In this document: positions 40,975 to 52,836 of the stretch, piece by piece | Position numbering within the stretch: the stretch's first letter is position 1 | Layout of the letters: each line of letters begins with the position of its first letter | Assembly (NCBI RefSeq): GCF_003018235.1 | Contig: NZ_CP027437.1 | Length of the DNA stretch: 64,000 bases | Strand: one strand, 5' to 3' | DNA from: Escherichia coli | GTDB lineage: Bacteria; Pseudomonadota; Gammaproteobacteria; Enterobacterales; Enterobacteriaceae | Notes under the pieces: model-generated | What the model was told of the DNA's origin: nothing | Databases searched by the model: none | The model's input: only the letters and a program-made list of their open reading frames with translations | Translations under genes and position numbers: made by a program

Positions 40975-41079
40975 AACGGGGCGCATTAAACCTGATTCGC
41001 CTCGTCTCGTCAATCAAATTTCTTCAATTTACTGCAGACTGCACAATCTATCATCACTTTGCCGCTATTGCACGCATTG

Positions 41080-41808
41080 TCAGGCAAACCAGGCGGTCCA
41101 GGCGGCGGAAAGCGGCATTGCCAGAAGGAGTGCTGGAAGCATGTTGACCACCGGGAACATTTTAATGCCACAGATGCGTAATCCGGTTGCCAGCAGCAAT
41201 AAACCGCCTACGGCGCTGAAGTCTGCCATCATCGACGGTGTGGTCAGCGGTAATATCAACGCGGCAGCCCACGCTAGCGTTAGCTGGATGATCAGTAATG
41301 GGATACTAATTACCGACACCGCAATACCCAACGAGCAGGCGAAGATCATCGCCGTAAAGAAATCGAGAAATGACTTGGCGATTAAAATACTCGGATCGCC
41401 GGTCATCCCTTCGTTCATCGCCCCGAAGATCCCGGTGCCGCTGGCGCAAAACAGGACAATAATCGCGACATAATTCTGAATAAAAGATTCATGCGCTGGC
41501 TTCTTACGTGAGTGGCGAAACAGATTTTGTGCTTTGGTGACCGCGGTATTGACGCCTTTTTCCAGCAGACAAATTTCGCCGATTAATGCACCGAGTAAGG
41601 TTGCTAAAACCATCGCCGGAAGGTTGGCGCATTTCACCACCAGTAAAATACCAATCCCCAGCGATGCCAGACCAAAAATTGATGTCATGGAGACGCGGAT
41701 ACGTTCCGGTAAGCGTTGGCTAAGGAGTGCACCGAGAACGCCACCCAGTAATACTGCACTTGCGTTGATAAAAGGACCGATGACCACAAGAGTTCCTGTT
41801 AGCTGCAT
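41080..41808 (-). CDS. yqgA: DUF554-family inner-membrane protein YqgA
   Basis: 242-aa hydrophobic ORF next to pheV, matching the K-12 neighbourhood; K-12 protein is slightly shorter by my recollection. Confidence 0.8.
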   Translation of the reverse strand: MQLTGTLVVIGPFINASAVLLGGVLGALLSQRLPERIRVSMTSIFGLASLGIGILLVVKCANLPAMVLATLLGALIGEICLLEKGVNTAVTKAQNLFRHSRKKPAHESFIQNYVAIIVLFCASGTGIFGAMNEGMTGDPSILIAKSFLDFFTAMIFACSLGIAVSVISIPLLIIQLTLAWAAALILPLTTPSMMADFSAVGGLLLLATGLRICGIKMFPVVNMLPALLLAMPLSAAWTAWFA

Positions 41809-42185
41809 TGTCTGATTTTCTTATTATGACCGTTTGGCACCTTCGATGGCTTGTTTGTTCGCAAAGTCCTGGCTTGCACGCTCTGGTGAAAGGTGCCATG
41901 ATTGCGCGAATTTTCTCCTCTCTGTACGGAGTTTGCCCGATGCACGCCACCTCCTTACATTCTCTCGCTTATCGCCGTTTCGCGCGAAACTCTTCTCTTT
42001 TCATGCTACTGCTCATGCGGTGAAGTTAACGCACGCTCACTGCAGGACAACAGTAAAATCAGAGCGTTTCTGCTTTTACTGATGTCTGGCGGTCGGAGCT
42101 GGTGACCAGTTTGACCCATATCTCGTGGGGCAGGGTTTTTCACCTTGTCCGGTATTCTTACTTCCCCGAAACGGGTTTTGCGCTT

Positions 42186-44321
42186 ATGAAATCAATGAAT
42201 ATTGCCGCCAGTAGTGAACTGGTATCCCGACTTTCTACTCATCGCCGCGTGGTGGCGTTGGGAGATACTGATTTTACTGACGTCGCGGCAGTCGTCATTA
42301 CCGCTGCGGATAGTCGCAGTGGCATTCTTGCGTTGCTTAAGCGCACCGGTTTTCATCTACCGGTGTTTTTGTATTCCGAACATGTTGTTGAATTACCTGC
42401 GGGCGTTACGGCGGTAATCAACGGCAACGAGCAGCAGTGGCTGGAGCTGGAATCCGCAGCCTGTCAGTATGAAGAGAATTTGCTGCCACCGTTTTATGAC
42501 ACGCTGACGCAGTACGTTGAGATGGGCAACAGCACTTTTGCTTGCCCTGGGCATCAACATGGTGCGTTCTTTAAAAAGCATCCTGCCGGACGCCATTTTT
42601 ACGATTTCTTTGGTGAGAACGTCTTTCGCACCGATATGTGTAACGCTGACGTAAAATTGGGCGATCTGCTTATTCATGAAGGATCGGCGAAGGATGCGCA
42701 GAAATTCGCAGCCAAAGTCTTTCATGCCGATAAAACCTATTTTGTCCTGAACGGCACATCGGCAGCGAATAAAGTGGTGACGAATGCGCTGTTAACGCGT
42801 GGCGATCTGGTGCTCTTCGACCGTAACAACCATAAGTCGAATCATCACGGCGCGCTGATTCAGGCGGGGGCGACGCCGGTCTATCTGGAAGCTTCACGTA
42901 ACCCGTTTGGTTTCATTGGCGGTATTGATGCGCACTGTTTTAATGAAGAGTATCTGCGCCAGCAAATTCGCGACGTTGCGCCAGAAAAAGCTGAGTTGCC
43001 GCGCCCGTTTCGCCTGGCGATTATTCAGCTGGGAACCTATGACGGCACTGTCTATAACGCCCGCCAGGTGATCGATACCGTTGGGCATCTGTGTGATTAC
43101 ATTCTGTTTGATTCCGCGTGGGTCGGTTACGAACAGTTTATCCCGATGATGGCGGATAGCTCGCCGCTGCTGTTAGAACTTAACGAAAACGATCCGGGGA
43201 TCTTTGTGACCCAGTCAGTGCACAAACAGCAGGCGGGATTCTCACAGACGTCGCAGATCCATAAAAAAGATAACCATATCCGCGGACAGGCGCGTTTTTG
43301 CCCGCATAAGCGGTTGAATAATGCCTTTATGCTCCATGCTTCTACCAGCCCGTTCTATCCGCTGTTTGCCGCGCTGGACGTTAACGCCAAAATTCATGAA
43401 GGAGAGAGTGGGCGTCGGCTGTGGGCTGAGTGTGTTGAGATAGGGATTGAAGCGCGCAAGGCTATTCTTGCGCACTGTAAGCTGTTCCGCCCGTTTATCC
43501 CGCCCGTTGTTGATGGCAAATTGTGGCAGGATTATCCGACATCAGTGTTAGCCAGCGACCGCCGTTTTTTCAGTTTTGAGCCGGGGGCGAAGTGGCACGG
43601 CTTTGAAGGATATGCCGCGGATCAGTATTTTGTTGATCCGTGCAAGCTGTTACTCACTACACCAGGTATTAATGCCGAAACTGGCGAATATAGCGACTTT
43701 GGCGTTCCGGCGACGATTCTGGCGCACTATCTGCGTGAGAACGGCATTGTGCCGGAGAAGTGCGATCTCAACTCCATTCTGTTCTTATTAACTCCGGCGG
43801 AAAGCCACGAGAAGCTGGCGCAACTGGTGGCGATGCTGGCGCAGTTTGAACAGCATATTGAGGATGACTCGCCGCTGGCTGAGGTGTTGCCGAGCGTTTA
43901 TAACAAATATCCGGTGCGCTATCGCGACTACACCCTGCGCCAGTTGTGTCAGGAGATGCACGATCTGTATGTCAGTTTCGACGTCAAAGACCTACAAAAA
44001 GCGATGTTCCGCCAGCAGAGTTTCCCGTCAGTGGTGATGAACCCCCAGGATGCACATAGTGCTTATATTCGTGGTGAAGTGGAGTTGGTGCGGATTCGTG
44101 ATGCCGAAGGGCGAATTGCGGCAGAAGGGGCGTTGCCTTATCCACCAGGCGTGCTTTGCGTGGTACCCGGAGAAGTCTGGGGTGGGGCGGTTCAACGTTA
44201 TTTCCTTGCGCTGGAAGAAGGGGTGAATTTGTTGCCGGGATTTTCGCCGGAGCTGCAAGGTGTCTATAGCGAAACCGATGCAGATGGCATGAAACGATTG
44301 TACGGTTATGTGTTGAAGTAA
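42186..44321 (+). CDS. speC: Ornithine decarboxylase, constitutive
   Basis: 711 aa from MKSMNIAASSELVS; large PLP-dependent Orn/Lys/Arg decarboxylase fold. Confidence 0.9.
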   Translation: MKSMNIAASSELVSRLSTHRRVVALGDTDFTDVAAVVITAADSRSGILALLKRTGFHLPVFLYSEHVVELPAGVTAVINGNEQQWLELESAACQYEENLLPPFYDTLTQYVEMGNSTFACPGHQHGAFFKKHPAGRHFYDFFGENVFRTDMCNADVKLGDLLIHEGSAKDAQKFAAKVFHADKTYFVLNGTSAANKVVTNALLTRGDLVLFDRNNHKSNHHGALIQAGATPVYLEASRNPFGFIGGIDAHCFNEEYLRQQIRDVAPEKAELPRPFRLAIIQLGTYDGTVYNARQVIDTVGHLCDYILFDSAWVGYEQFIPMMADSSPLLLELNENDPGIFVTQSVHKQQAGFSQTSQIHKKDNHIRGQARFCPHKRLNNAFMLHASTSPFYPLFAALDVNAKIHEGESGRRLWAECVEIGIEARKAILAHCKLFRPFIPPVVDGKLWQDYPTSVLASDRRFFSFEPGAKWHGFEGYAADQYFVDPCKLLLTTPGINAETGEYSDFGVPATILAHYLRENGIVPEKCDLNSILFLLTPAESHEKLAQLVAMLAQFEQHIEDDSPLAEVLPSVYNKYPVRYRDYTLRQLCQEMHDLYVSFDVKDLQKAMFRQQSFPSVVMNPQDAHSAYIRGEVELVRIRDAEGRIAAEGALPYPPGVLCVVPGEVWGGAVQRYFLALEEGVNLLPGFSPELQGVYSETDADGMKRLYGYVLK

Positions 44322-44323
44322 GA

Positions 44324-44360
44324 AAAAAACGGGTCACCTTCTGGCGACCCGTTTTTCTTT
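44324..44360. terminator. Bidirectional terminator between convergent speC and nupG
   Basis: aaacgggtc / gacccgttt inverted repeat flanked by A-run upstream and tttttcttt downstream. Confidence 0.7.
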
Positions 44361-44366
44361 GCGTAA

Positions 44367-45623
44367 TTAGTGGCTCACCGTCTGTGTACCTGTCGGGACA
44401 CGAACGTGTTTATATTTGAACATCGCCATGAACGCGAAGGCCAGAACCACGGAGTAACCAGCGAAAATCAACCATACGGTCTGCCAGTCGGTAATGCCGT
44501 TTTGGGTGTACATCTCAACAACTTTACCGCTCACGATGCCGCCAAGGATACAGCCGAAGCCGTTAGTCATCATCAGGAACATCCCCTGCGCACTGGCGCG
44601 AATTGCCGGGCTAACTTCTTTTTCGACAAACACCGAACCAGAGATGTTGAAGAAGTCGAATGCGCAACCGTAAACGATCATCGACAGTACCAGCAGTACA
44701 GTACCGAACGGAGTCGGGTCGCCGTAAGCAAACAGCGCAAAACGCAGGATCCACGCCACAATACTGATCATCATTACGTTCTTAATACCGTAGCGGCTTA
44801 AGAAGAACGGGATAGTCAGAATGAACAGGGTTTCAGAGATCTGCGAAATCGACATGATGATTGACGCATGCTGCACAATAAAGCTGCTGGCAAACATCGG
44901 ATCTTTGTCGAAGCTGTGCAGGAAGGTGTTACCGAACATGTTGGTAATCTGCAGTTCCGCGCCCAGCAGCATTGAGAAGATGAAGAAGATTGCCATACGC
45001 TTGTTTTTAAACAGCGCGAATGCATCGAGGCCCAGCAGGGTTGTCCAGCTTTGATTCGCTTGCTGTTTAGCAACCGGAATGTGCGGCAGAGTCAGGGTAA
45101 ACAGAACCAGAATGGCGGAAAGTGCTGCGCCAATATACAGCTGCATGTGGCTTAATTCGAAGCCAGACAGGCTCACCACCCACATTGCCATGATAAAGCC
45201 GATGGTGCCCCAGATACGGATTGGCGGGAAGTCAGTAACGATATCCATCCCGGCATTTTGCAGGCGATAGTAAGAGATGGTGTTGATTAACCCAAGCGTT
45301 GGCATATAAGCAAACGAGTTAATCAATATCACAAGGAACATCGCTTCCGGCGTCGTGACCTGTGCCGCCATGAACAGCGTGATAGCGCCAATGGTGTGGC
45401 AAATGGCATAGACCCATTTCGCACTTAACCATTTGTCGGCCACAATCCCCAGCAGCGCAGGCATAAAGACCGCGGCGATACCCAGTGAACTATAAACTGC
45501 GCCAATAGAAGCACCGTCAAACTTCAGGGTAACAAACATATAGGAGCCGAGGGTCGTCAGCCAACTTCCCCACAGACAGAACTGCAGAAAAGAGAGGATT
45601 TTCAGCTGCAGCTTAAGATTCAT
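44367..45623 (-). CDS. nupG: Nucleoside:H+ symporter
   Basis: 418 aa from MNLKLQLKILSF; 12-TM MFS-like transporter. Confidence 0.9.
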   Translation of the reverse strand: MNLKLQLKILSFLQFCLWGSWLTTLGSYMFVTLKFDGASIGAVYSSLGIAAVFMPALLGIVADKWLSAKWVYAICHTIGAITLFMAAQVTTPEAMFLVILINSFAYMPTLGLINTISYYRLQNAGMDIVTDFPPIRIWGTIGFIMAMWVVSLSGFELSHMQLYIGAALSAILVLFTLTLPHIPVAKQQANQSWTTLLGLDAFALFKNKRMAIFFIFSMLLGAELQITNMFGNTFLHSFDKDPMFASSFIVQHASIIMSISQISETLFILTIPFFLSRYGIKNVMMISIVAWILRFALFAYGDPTPFGTVLLVLSMIVYGCAFDFFNISGSVFVEKEVSPAIRASAQGMFLMMTNGFGCILGGIVSGKVVEMYTQNGITDWQTVWLIFAGYSVVLAFAFMAMFKYKHVRVPTGTQTVSH

Positions 45624-45824
45624 GTTAATTTCCTCACATCGTGATGCGGATGAGTGTTTGAAAAAGCACATTTGACCGTGCGAGATGATGGGATTCTATC
45701 AACTTCGCGGACTGGTTTTTTGTTACCTGTGGCAAATAATTGCAAACATTCCCAATTTGCAAAACGAAATTGTGATGTGAATAACATTTTTGCCCCTGAG
45801 CATCGTCAGGGGCGGTTAGTGGAA

Positions 45825-46931
<1,107 letters not shown>

Positions 46932-46968
46932 TTATGCAAGTTGCCGGAGGCGTGCTCCGGCACTGTTT

Positions 46969-47247
<279 letters not shown>

Positions 47248-47271
47248 TCATCCTCTTTATCGACTCACGCG

Positions 47272-48324
47272 CTAAACCGGCGCGCCAGTGCGTAACTGCT
47301 GTAACAAACGCTCCACGGGAGCCGCCAGGCCAACTGACGGCGGTTGCGCTAAGTTATACCAGAGCGCATTGCCTTCATCCATGCAGCCGGTGAATGACGA
47401 CACGGGAAGCCACATAGGCACAATATCTAAGTGGAAATGGCTGAAGGTATGCCGAAACGCGGTCAGCTGCGTCAAGTTATCGGCAGAAATCTGTCGTTGC
47501 GCCAGCCACTGCCGCAAACTTTCTTCATCGGCAAACTGCGGGAAACAGTATAAACCGCCCCACAATCCGCTCGGCGGACGCTGCGCCAGCAATACTTCAT
47601 CTTCGTGCTGTAACAGCAAAAAGTAGCCGGTGCGCTCTGGCAGCGTCTGTTTCGGTTTTTTGCCCGGATAAAGCGACCAGCTATTGTTGGCGGCGGCAAT
47701 ACATCCGTTTTGTAGCGGACAGAGCGAACATTTCGGCTTAGAGCGCGTACAAATCATCGCGCCCAAATCCATCATCGCCTGATTAAACCGTTCCACGCCA
47801 ACCGCGGGCGTCACCTGCTCGCTCAAACTCCATAGTTTATTCTCGACCTCTTTTTTCCCAGGCCAGCCGCTTACAGCATAGCAGCGCGCCAGCACCCGTT
47901 TGACGTTACCGTCGAGAATCGGAAAGTGCTTACCCAGAGAAAGCGAGAGAATCGCGCCTGCGGTGGAACGCCCGACGCCCGGTAACGCCGCGACTTCTTC
48001 AAAGGTTTCCGGGAATTTACCGCCGTGTAAGGTCGCCACTTGTTGTGCCGCTTTATGCAGATTGCGCGCGCGGGCGTAATAGCCAAGCCCGGTCCACAAG
48101 TGGAGAACTTCGTCGAGCGGCGCATTGGCGAGATCGGTCACCGTTGGGAAGCGCGCCATAAAACGTTCAAAATAGGGGATAACGGTCGCAACCTGAGTTT
48201 GTTGCAACATCACTTCTGAGAGCCATACTTTGTAGGGCGTCTTGTCAATTTGCCAGGGCAGCGTTTTCCGCCCGTATTTATCGTACCAGTCCAGAACCTG
48301 GGCTGAAAATTGCGACGCTTGCAT
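47272..48324 (-). CDS. mutY: Adenine DNA glycosylase
   Basis: 350 aa from [25 protein letters not shown]; HhH-GPD and C-terminal 4Fe-4S cysteines. Confidence 0.9.
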   Translation of the reverse strand: MQASQFSAQVLDWYDKYGRKTLPWQIDKTPYKVWLSEVMLQQTQVATVIPYFERFMARFPTVTDLANAPLDEVLHLWTGLGYYARARNLHKAAQQVATLHGGKFPETFEEVAALPGVGRSTAGAILSLSLGKHFPILDGNVKRVLARCYAVSGWPGKKEVENKLWSLSEQVTPAVGVERFNQAMMDLGAMICTRSKPKCSLCPLQNGCIAAANNSWSLYPGKKPKQTLPERTGYFLLLQHEDEVLLAQRPPSGLWGGLYCFPQFADEESLRQWLAQRQISADNLTQLTAFRHTFSHFHLDIVPMWLPVSSFTGCMDEGNALWYNLAQPPSVGLAAPVERLLQQLRTGAPV

Positions 48325-48484
48325 GGTCACCGAATTCACTGTTGTTGGGGGCAAGATTGCAGCACAGCGACGGCAGGGTGTAAACCGGAACTTTCCGCAG
48401 CCACGGCCTTATCATGCTTGCATCCGGCAACTAACTTTGGATAATGCCCGTTTTCAGAACACTTTCACAAGCGACTAAATCTTT

Positions 48485-49204
48485 ATGAAAAACGACGTCA
48501 TCTCACCGGAATTTGATGAAAACGGCCGCCCACTGCGCCGTATCCGTAGTTTTGTGCGCCGCCAGGGGCGACTGACCAAAGGCCAGGAACATGCGCTGGA
48601 AAACTACTGGCCGGTGATGGGCGTTGAGTTCAGCGAAGATATGCTGGATTTCCCTGCGCTTTTTGGCCGTGAAGCGCCGGTGACGCTTGAGATTGGTTTC
48701 GGCATGGGGGCGTCGCTGGTGGCAATGGCTAAAGATCGCCCCGAGCAGGACTTCCTCGGCATTGAAGTGCATTCACCGGGCGTTGGTGCGTGCCTGGCTT
48801 CTGCGCATGAAGAGGGCTTAAGCAACCTGCGCGTGATGTGTCACGATGCGGTTGAAGTGCTGCATAAAATGATTCCTGACAATTCATTGCGCATGGTGCA
48901 GCTCTTTTTCCCTGACCCGTGGCACAAAGCGCGCCATAATAAACGCCGTATCGTTCAGGTGCCGTTTGCCGAACTGGTAAAAAGCAAACTGCAACTGGGG
49001 GGCGTATTCCATATGGCGACCGACTGGGAACCTTATGCGGAACATATGCTTGAAGTGATGTCTTCTATTGACGGTTATAAAAACCTGTCAGAGAGCAATG
49101 ATTACGTACCGCGTCCGGCATCACGTCCGGTGACGAAATTTGAACAACGTGGTCATCGTCTTGGTCACGGAGTATGGGACTTAATGTTCGAGAGGGTGAA
49201 ATAA
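48485..49204 (+). CDS. trmB: tRNA (guanine46-N7)-methyltransferase
   Basis: 239-aa ORF with SAM-MTase motif LEIGFGMG; divergent from mutY. Confidence 0.9.
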   Translation: MKNDVISPEFDENGRPLRRIRSFVRRQGRLTKGQEHALENYWPVMGVEFSEDMLDFPALFGREAPVTLEIGFGMGASLVAMAKDRPEQDFLGIEVHSPGVGACLASAHEEGLSNLRVMCHDAVEVLHKMIPDNSLRMVQLFFPDPWHKARHNKRRIVQVPFAELVKSKLQLGGVFHMATDWEPYAEHMLEVMSSIDGYKNLSESNDYVPRPASRPVTKFEQRGHRLGHGVWDLMFERVK

Positions 49205-49530
49205 TGGCAAAGAACCGTAGCCGTCGTCTGCGTAAAAAAATGCACATCGACGAATTCCAGGAATTAGGATTTTCGGTGGCATGGCGATTCCCGGAAGGTA
49301 TATCGGAAGAACAGATTGATAAAACCGTTGATGACTTTATTAACGAGGTTATCGAACCGAACAAACTGGCCTTTGACGGCAGCGGTTATCTGGCCTGGGA
49401 AGGTCTGATCTGCATGCAGGAAATCGGCAAATGCACCGAAGAACATCAGGCGATTGTGCGTAAGTGGCTGGAAGAGCGCAAACTGGGCGAGGTACGCACC
49501 AGCGAACTTTTCGACGTTTGGTGGGACTAA
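49204..49530 (+). CDS. yggL: DUF469 protein YggL
   Basis: 108 aa from [18 protein letters not shown]; start adjacent to the trmB stop. Confidence 0.85.
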   Translation: MAKNRSRRLRKKMHIDEFQELGFSVAWRFPEGISEEQIDKTVDDFINEVIEPNKLAFDGSGYLAWEGLICMQEIGKCTEEHQAIVRKWLEERKLGEVRTSELFDVWWD

Positions 49531-49561
49531 GAAAACATACGGGCGATGACAAATGCAAAAC

Positions 49562-49642
<81 letters not shown>

Positions 49643-49713
49643 TGGATGACATGTACTTTGTTATCAATCTGGGGCCAGCAAATGCTGGCCTGATTTGTTC
49701 TTGAGGGAAGACT

Positions 49714-50433
49714 ATGATGCGCAAAATGCTGCTGGCGGCAGCACTTTCAGTGACGGCAATGACCGCTCACGCCGACTACCAGTGCAGCGTCACGCCGCGT
49801 GACGATGTGATTGTCAGCCCGCAAACCGTGCAGGTGAAGGGCGAAAACGGCAATCTGGTGATCACGCCAGACGGCAACGTGATGTATAACGGTAAGCAAT
49901 ATTCCCTGAATGCCGCCCAGCGCGAGCAGGCGAAGGATTATCAGGCTGAACTGCGTAGCACCCTGCCGTGGATTGATGAAGGCGCGAAAAGCCGCGTCGA
50001 AAAAGCCCGTATTGCGCTGGATAAAATTATCGTTCAGGAGATGGGCGAAAGCAGCAAAATGCGCAGCCGTCTGACCAAACTTGATGCGCAGCTGAAAGAG
50101 CAGATGAACCGCATTATCGAAACGCGCAGCGATGGCCTGACGTTCCACTATAAAGCCATTGATCAGGTTCGCGCCGAAGGCCAGCAATTAGTGAATCAGG
50201 CAATGGGCGGAATTTTACAGGACAGCATTAATGAAATGGGCGCGAAAGCGGTGCTGAAAAGCGGTGGTAACCCATTACAGAATGTGCTGGGAAGCCTGGG
50301 CGGTCTGCAATCCTCAATCCAAACCGAATGGAAAAAGCAGGAAAAAGATTTCCAGCAGTTTGGCAAAGATGTTTGTAGCCGCGTTGTGACTCTGGAAGAT
50401 AGTCGCAAAGCCCTGGTCGGGAATTTAAAATAA
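49714..50433 (+). CDS. yggN: DUF2884 periplasmic protein YggN
   Basis: 239-aa ORF with signal peptide (MMRKMLLAAALSVTAMTAHA). Confidence 0.85.
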   Translation: MMRKMLLAAALSVTAMTAHADYQCSVTPRDDVIVSPQTVQVKGENGNLVITPDGNVMYNGKQYSLNAAQREQAKDYQAELRSTLPWIDEGAKSRVEKARIALDKIIVQEMGESSKMRSRLTKLDAQLKEQMNRIIETRSDGLTFHYKAIDQVRAEGQQLVNQAMGGILQDSINEMGAKAVLKSGGNPLQNVLGSLGGLQSSIQTEWKKQEKDFQQFGKDVCSRVVTLEDSRKALVGNLK

Positions 50434-50537
50434 TCCTCTATTTTAAGACGGCATAATACTTTTTTATGCCGTTTAATTCTTCGTTTTGTTACCTGCCTCT
50501 AACTTTGTAGATCTCCAAAATATATTCACGTTGTAAA

Positions 50538-50551
50538 TTGTTTAACGTCAA
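50538..50551 (+). promoter_or_regulatory. Candidate FNR-type site in the ansB promoter
   Basis: TTGTT-TAAC-GTCAA matches the FNR consensus TTGAT-N4-ATCAA at 8 of 10 positions, ~55 bp upstream of the ansB start. ansB is known to be anaerobically induced via FNR and CRP. Confidence 0.4.
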
Positions 50552-50608
50552 ATTTCCCATACAAAGCTAAGGGATAATGCGTAGCGTTCACGTAACTGGA
50601 GGAATGAA

Positions 50609-51655
50609 ATGGAGTTTTTCAAAAAGACGGCACTTGCCGCACTGGTTATGGGTTTTAGTGGTGCAGCATTGGCATTACCCAATATCACCATTTTAGCAAC
50701 CGGCGGGACCATTGCCGGTGGTGGTGACTCCGCAACCAAATCTAACTACACAGCGGGTAAAGTTGGCGTAGAAAATCTGGTTAATGCGGTGCCGCAACTG
50801 AAGGACATTGCGAACGTTAAAGGCGAGCAGGTAGTGAATATCGGCTCCCAGGACATGAACGATAATGTCTGGCTGACACTGGCGAAAAAAATTAACACCG
50901 ACTGCGATAAAACCGACGGCTTCGTCATTACCCACGGTACCGACACGATGGAAGAAACCGCTTACTTCCTCGACCTGACGGTGAAATGCGACAAACCGGT
51001 GGTGATGGTCGGCGCAATGCGCCCGTCCACGTCCATGAGCGCAGACGGTCCATTCAACCTGTATAACGCGGTAGTGACCGCAGCTGATAAAGCCTCCGCT
51101 AATCGTGGCGTGCTGGTGGTGATGAACGACACCGTACTGGACGGTCGCGATGTCACCAAAACCAACACCACCGACGTAGCGACCTTCAAGTCTGTTAACT
51201 ACGGTCCTCTGGGTTACATTCACAACGGTAAGATTGACTACCAACGTACCCCGGCACGTAAGCATACCAGCGACACGCCGTTCGATGTCTCTAAGCTGAA
51301 TGAACTGCCGAAAGTCGGCATCGTTTATAACTACGCTAACGCATCCGATCTTCCGGCTAAAGCACTGGTAGATGCGGGCTATGATGGCATCGTCAGCGCT
51401 GGTGTGGGTAACGGTAACCTGTATAAATCCGTGTTCGACACTCTGGCGACCGCCGCGAAAAACGGCACTGCAGTCGTGCGTTCTTCCCGCGTACCGACGG
51501 GCGCTACCACTCAGGATGCTGAAGTGGATGATGCGAAATACGGCTTCGTCGCCTCTGGCACGCTGAACCCGCAAAAAGCGCGCGTTCTGCTGCAGCTTGC
51601 TCTGACGCAAACCAAAGATCCGCAGCAGATCCAGCAGATCTTCAATCAGTACTAA
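50609..51655 (+). CDS. ansB: Periplasmic L-asparaginase II
   Basis: 348-aa ORF with signal peptide and catalytic N-terminal motif ILATGGTIAG. Confidence 0.9.
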   Translation: MEFFKKTALAALVMGFSGAALALPNITILATGGTIAGGGDSATKSNYTAGKVGVENLVNAVPQLKDIANVKGEQVVNIGSQDMNDNVWLTLAKKINTDCDKTDGFVITHGTDTMEETAYFLDLTVKCDKPVVMVGAMRPSTSMSADGPFNLYNAVVTAADKASANRGVLVVMNDTVLDGRDVTKTNTTDVATFKSVNYGPLGYIHNGKIDYQRTPARKHTSDTPFDVSKLNELPKVGIVYNYANASDLPAKALVDAGYDGIVSAGVGNGNLYKSVFDTLATAAKNGTAVVRSSRVPTGATTQDAEVDDAKYGFVASGTLNPQKARVLLQLALTQTKDPQQIQQIFNQY

Positions 51656-51662
51656 TCACCTC

Positions 51663-51688
51663 GCCCCGGTATCGTGCCGGGGCTTTTC
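51663..51688 (+). terminator. Rho-independent terminator after ansB
   Basis: gccccgg / ccggggc stem followed by ttttcac. Confidence 0.7.
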
Positions 51689-51770
51689 ACTTCAGACTTA
51701 CGTCCATTGCCAATTTTCATTACCCTGATGATAATAACCGGAATAAATTATTCCTCGTGAGGGTTTTCGG

Positions 51771-52778
51771 GTGAAAAAGCAATGGATTGTTGGCACGGCG
51801 CTGCTTATGTTGATGACTGGTAATGTCTGGGCAGATGGCGAACCGCCAACTGAAAATATCTTAAAAGATCAATTCAAAAAGCAGTATCACGGCATTCTCA
51901 AGCTTGATGCCATCAGCTTAAAAAATCTTGATGCTAAGGGTAATCAGGCCACCTGGTCAGCGGAAGGCGATGTCTCTTCCAGTGACGATCTCTATACCTG
52001 GGTCGGTCAGTTGGCAGATTACGAACTGCTCGAACAGACCTGGACGAAAGATAAACCGGTAAAATTCTCGGCGATGTTAACCAGTAAAGGAACGCCCGCG
52101 TCTGGCTGGTCGGTGAACTTTTACTCTTTTCAGGCGGCAGCCAGCGATCGTGGACGGGTGGTCGACGATATCAAAACGAATAATAAATATCTGATCGTGA
52201 ATAGCGAAGATTTCAATTATCGCTTTAGTCAGCTTGAATCAGCGTTGAATAACCAGAAGAACTCGATTCCTGCGCTGGAAAAGGAAGTGAAAGCGCTTGA
52301 TAAGCAAATGGTGGCGGCGCAGAAAGCAGCGGATGCATATTGGGGAAAAGATGCAAACGGTAAGCAAATGACCCGCGAAGACGCCTTTAAAAAAATTCAC
52401 CAACAGCGTGATGAGTTTAATAAACAGAACGATAGCGAGGCGTTCGCGGTTAAATATGACAAAGAGGTTTATCAACCGGCGATTGCGGCATGTCATAAAC
52501 AGAGTGCAGATTGTTATGAAGTGCCGATTCAGCAGAAGCGAGATTTCGATATCAACGAACAACGGCGACAGACTTTTCTGCAATCACAAAAACTTAGCCG
52601 TAAATTGCAGGATGACTGGATAACGCTCGAAAAAGGGCAATATCCGTTAACGATGAAAGTTTCAGAAATAAACAGTAAAAAAGTCGCGATTTTGATGAAA
52701 ATTGACGATATCAATCAGGCTAATGAACGCTGGAAAAAAGATACCGAACAACTGCGGCGCAATGGGGTGATTAAGTAA
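51771..52778 (+). CDS. yggM: DUF1202-family protein YggM
   Basis: 335-aa ORF with signal peptide; position after ansB. Confidence 0.8.
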   Translation: MKKQWIVGTALLMLMTGNVWADGEPPTENILKDQFKKQYHGILKLDAISLKNLDAKGNQATWSAEGDVSSSDDLYTWVGQLADYELLEQTWTKDKPVKFSAMLTSKGTPASGWSVNFYSFQAAASDRGRVVDDIKTNNKYLIVNSEDFNYRFSQLESALNNQKNSIPALEKEVKALDKQMVAAQKAADAYWGKDANGKQMTREDAFKKIHQQRDEFNKQNDSEAFAVKYDKEVYQPAIAACHKQSADCYEVPIQQKRDFDINEQRRQTFLQSQKLSRKLQDDWITLEKGQYPLTMKVSEINSKKVAILMKIDDINQANERWKKDTEQLRRNGVIK

Positions 52779-52796
52779 CTCATGTTAAGTGCCTTT

Positions 52797-52836
52797 GCCG
52801 GATAATATAAAAAGTTATCCGGCAAATTATTTTTTA
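52797..52836. terminator. Bidirectional terminator between yggM and the TRAP operon
   Basis: Perfect 9-bp inverted repeat gccggataa / ttatccggc followed by aaattatttttt. Confidence 0.65.

Noticed and set aside
41834-42105. Small plus-strand ORFs (82 aa and 67 aa) in the yqgA-speC intergenic region
   Set aside because: No recognisable start context or motifs; lie in the divergent promoter/leader of speC.
42164-42179. Short hairpin plus T-tract (ccccg-aaa-cggg-tttt) ~10 nt upstream of the speC start
   Set aside because: Stem of only 4-5 bp; too weak to call a terminator or attenuator, and it overlaps the expected ribosome-binding region.
50693-51610. 305-aa minus-strand ORF spanning ansB
   Set aside because: Antisense to asparaginase II, whose frame carries the signal peptide and catalytic motif.
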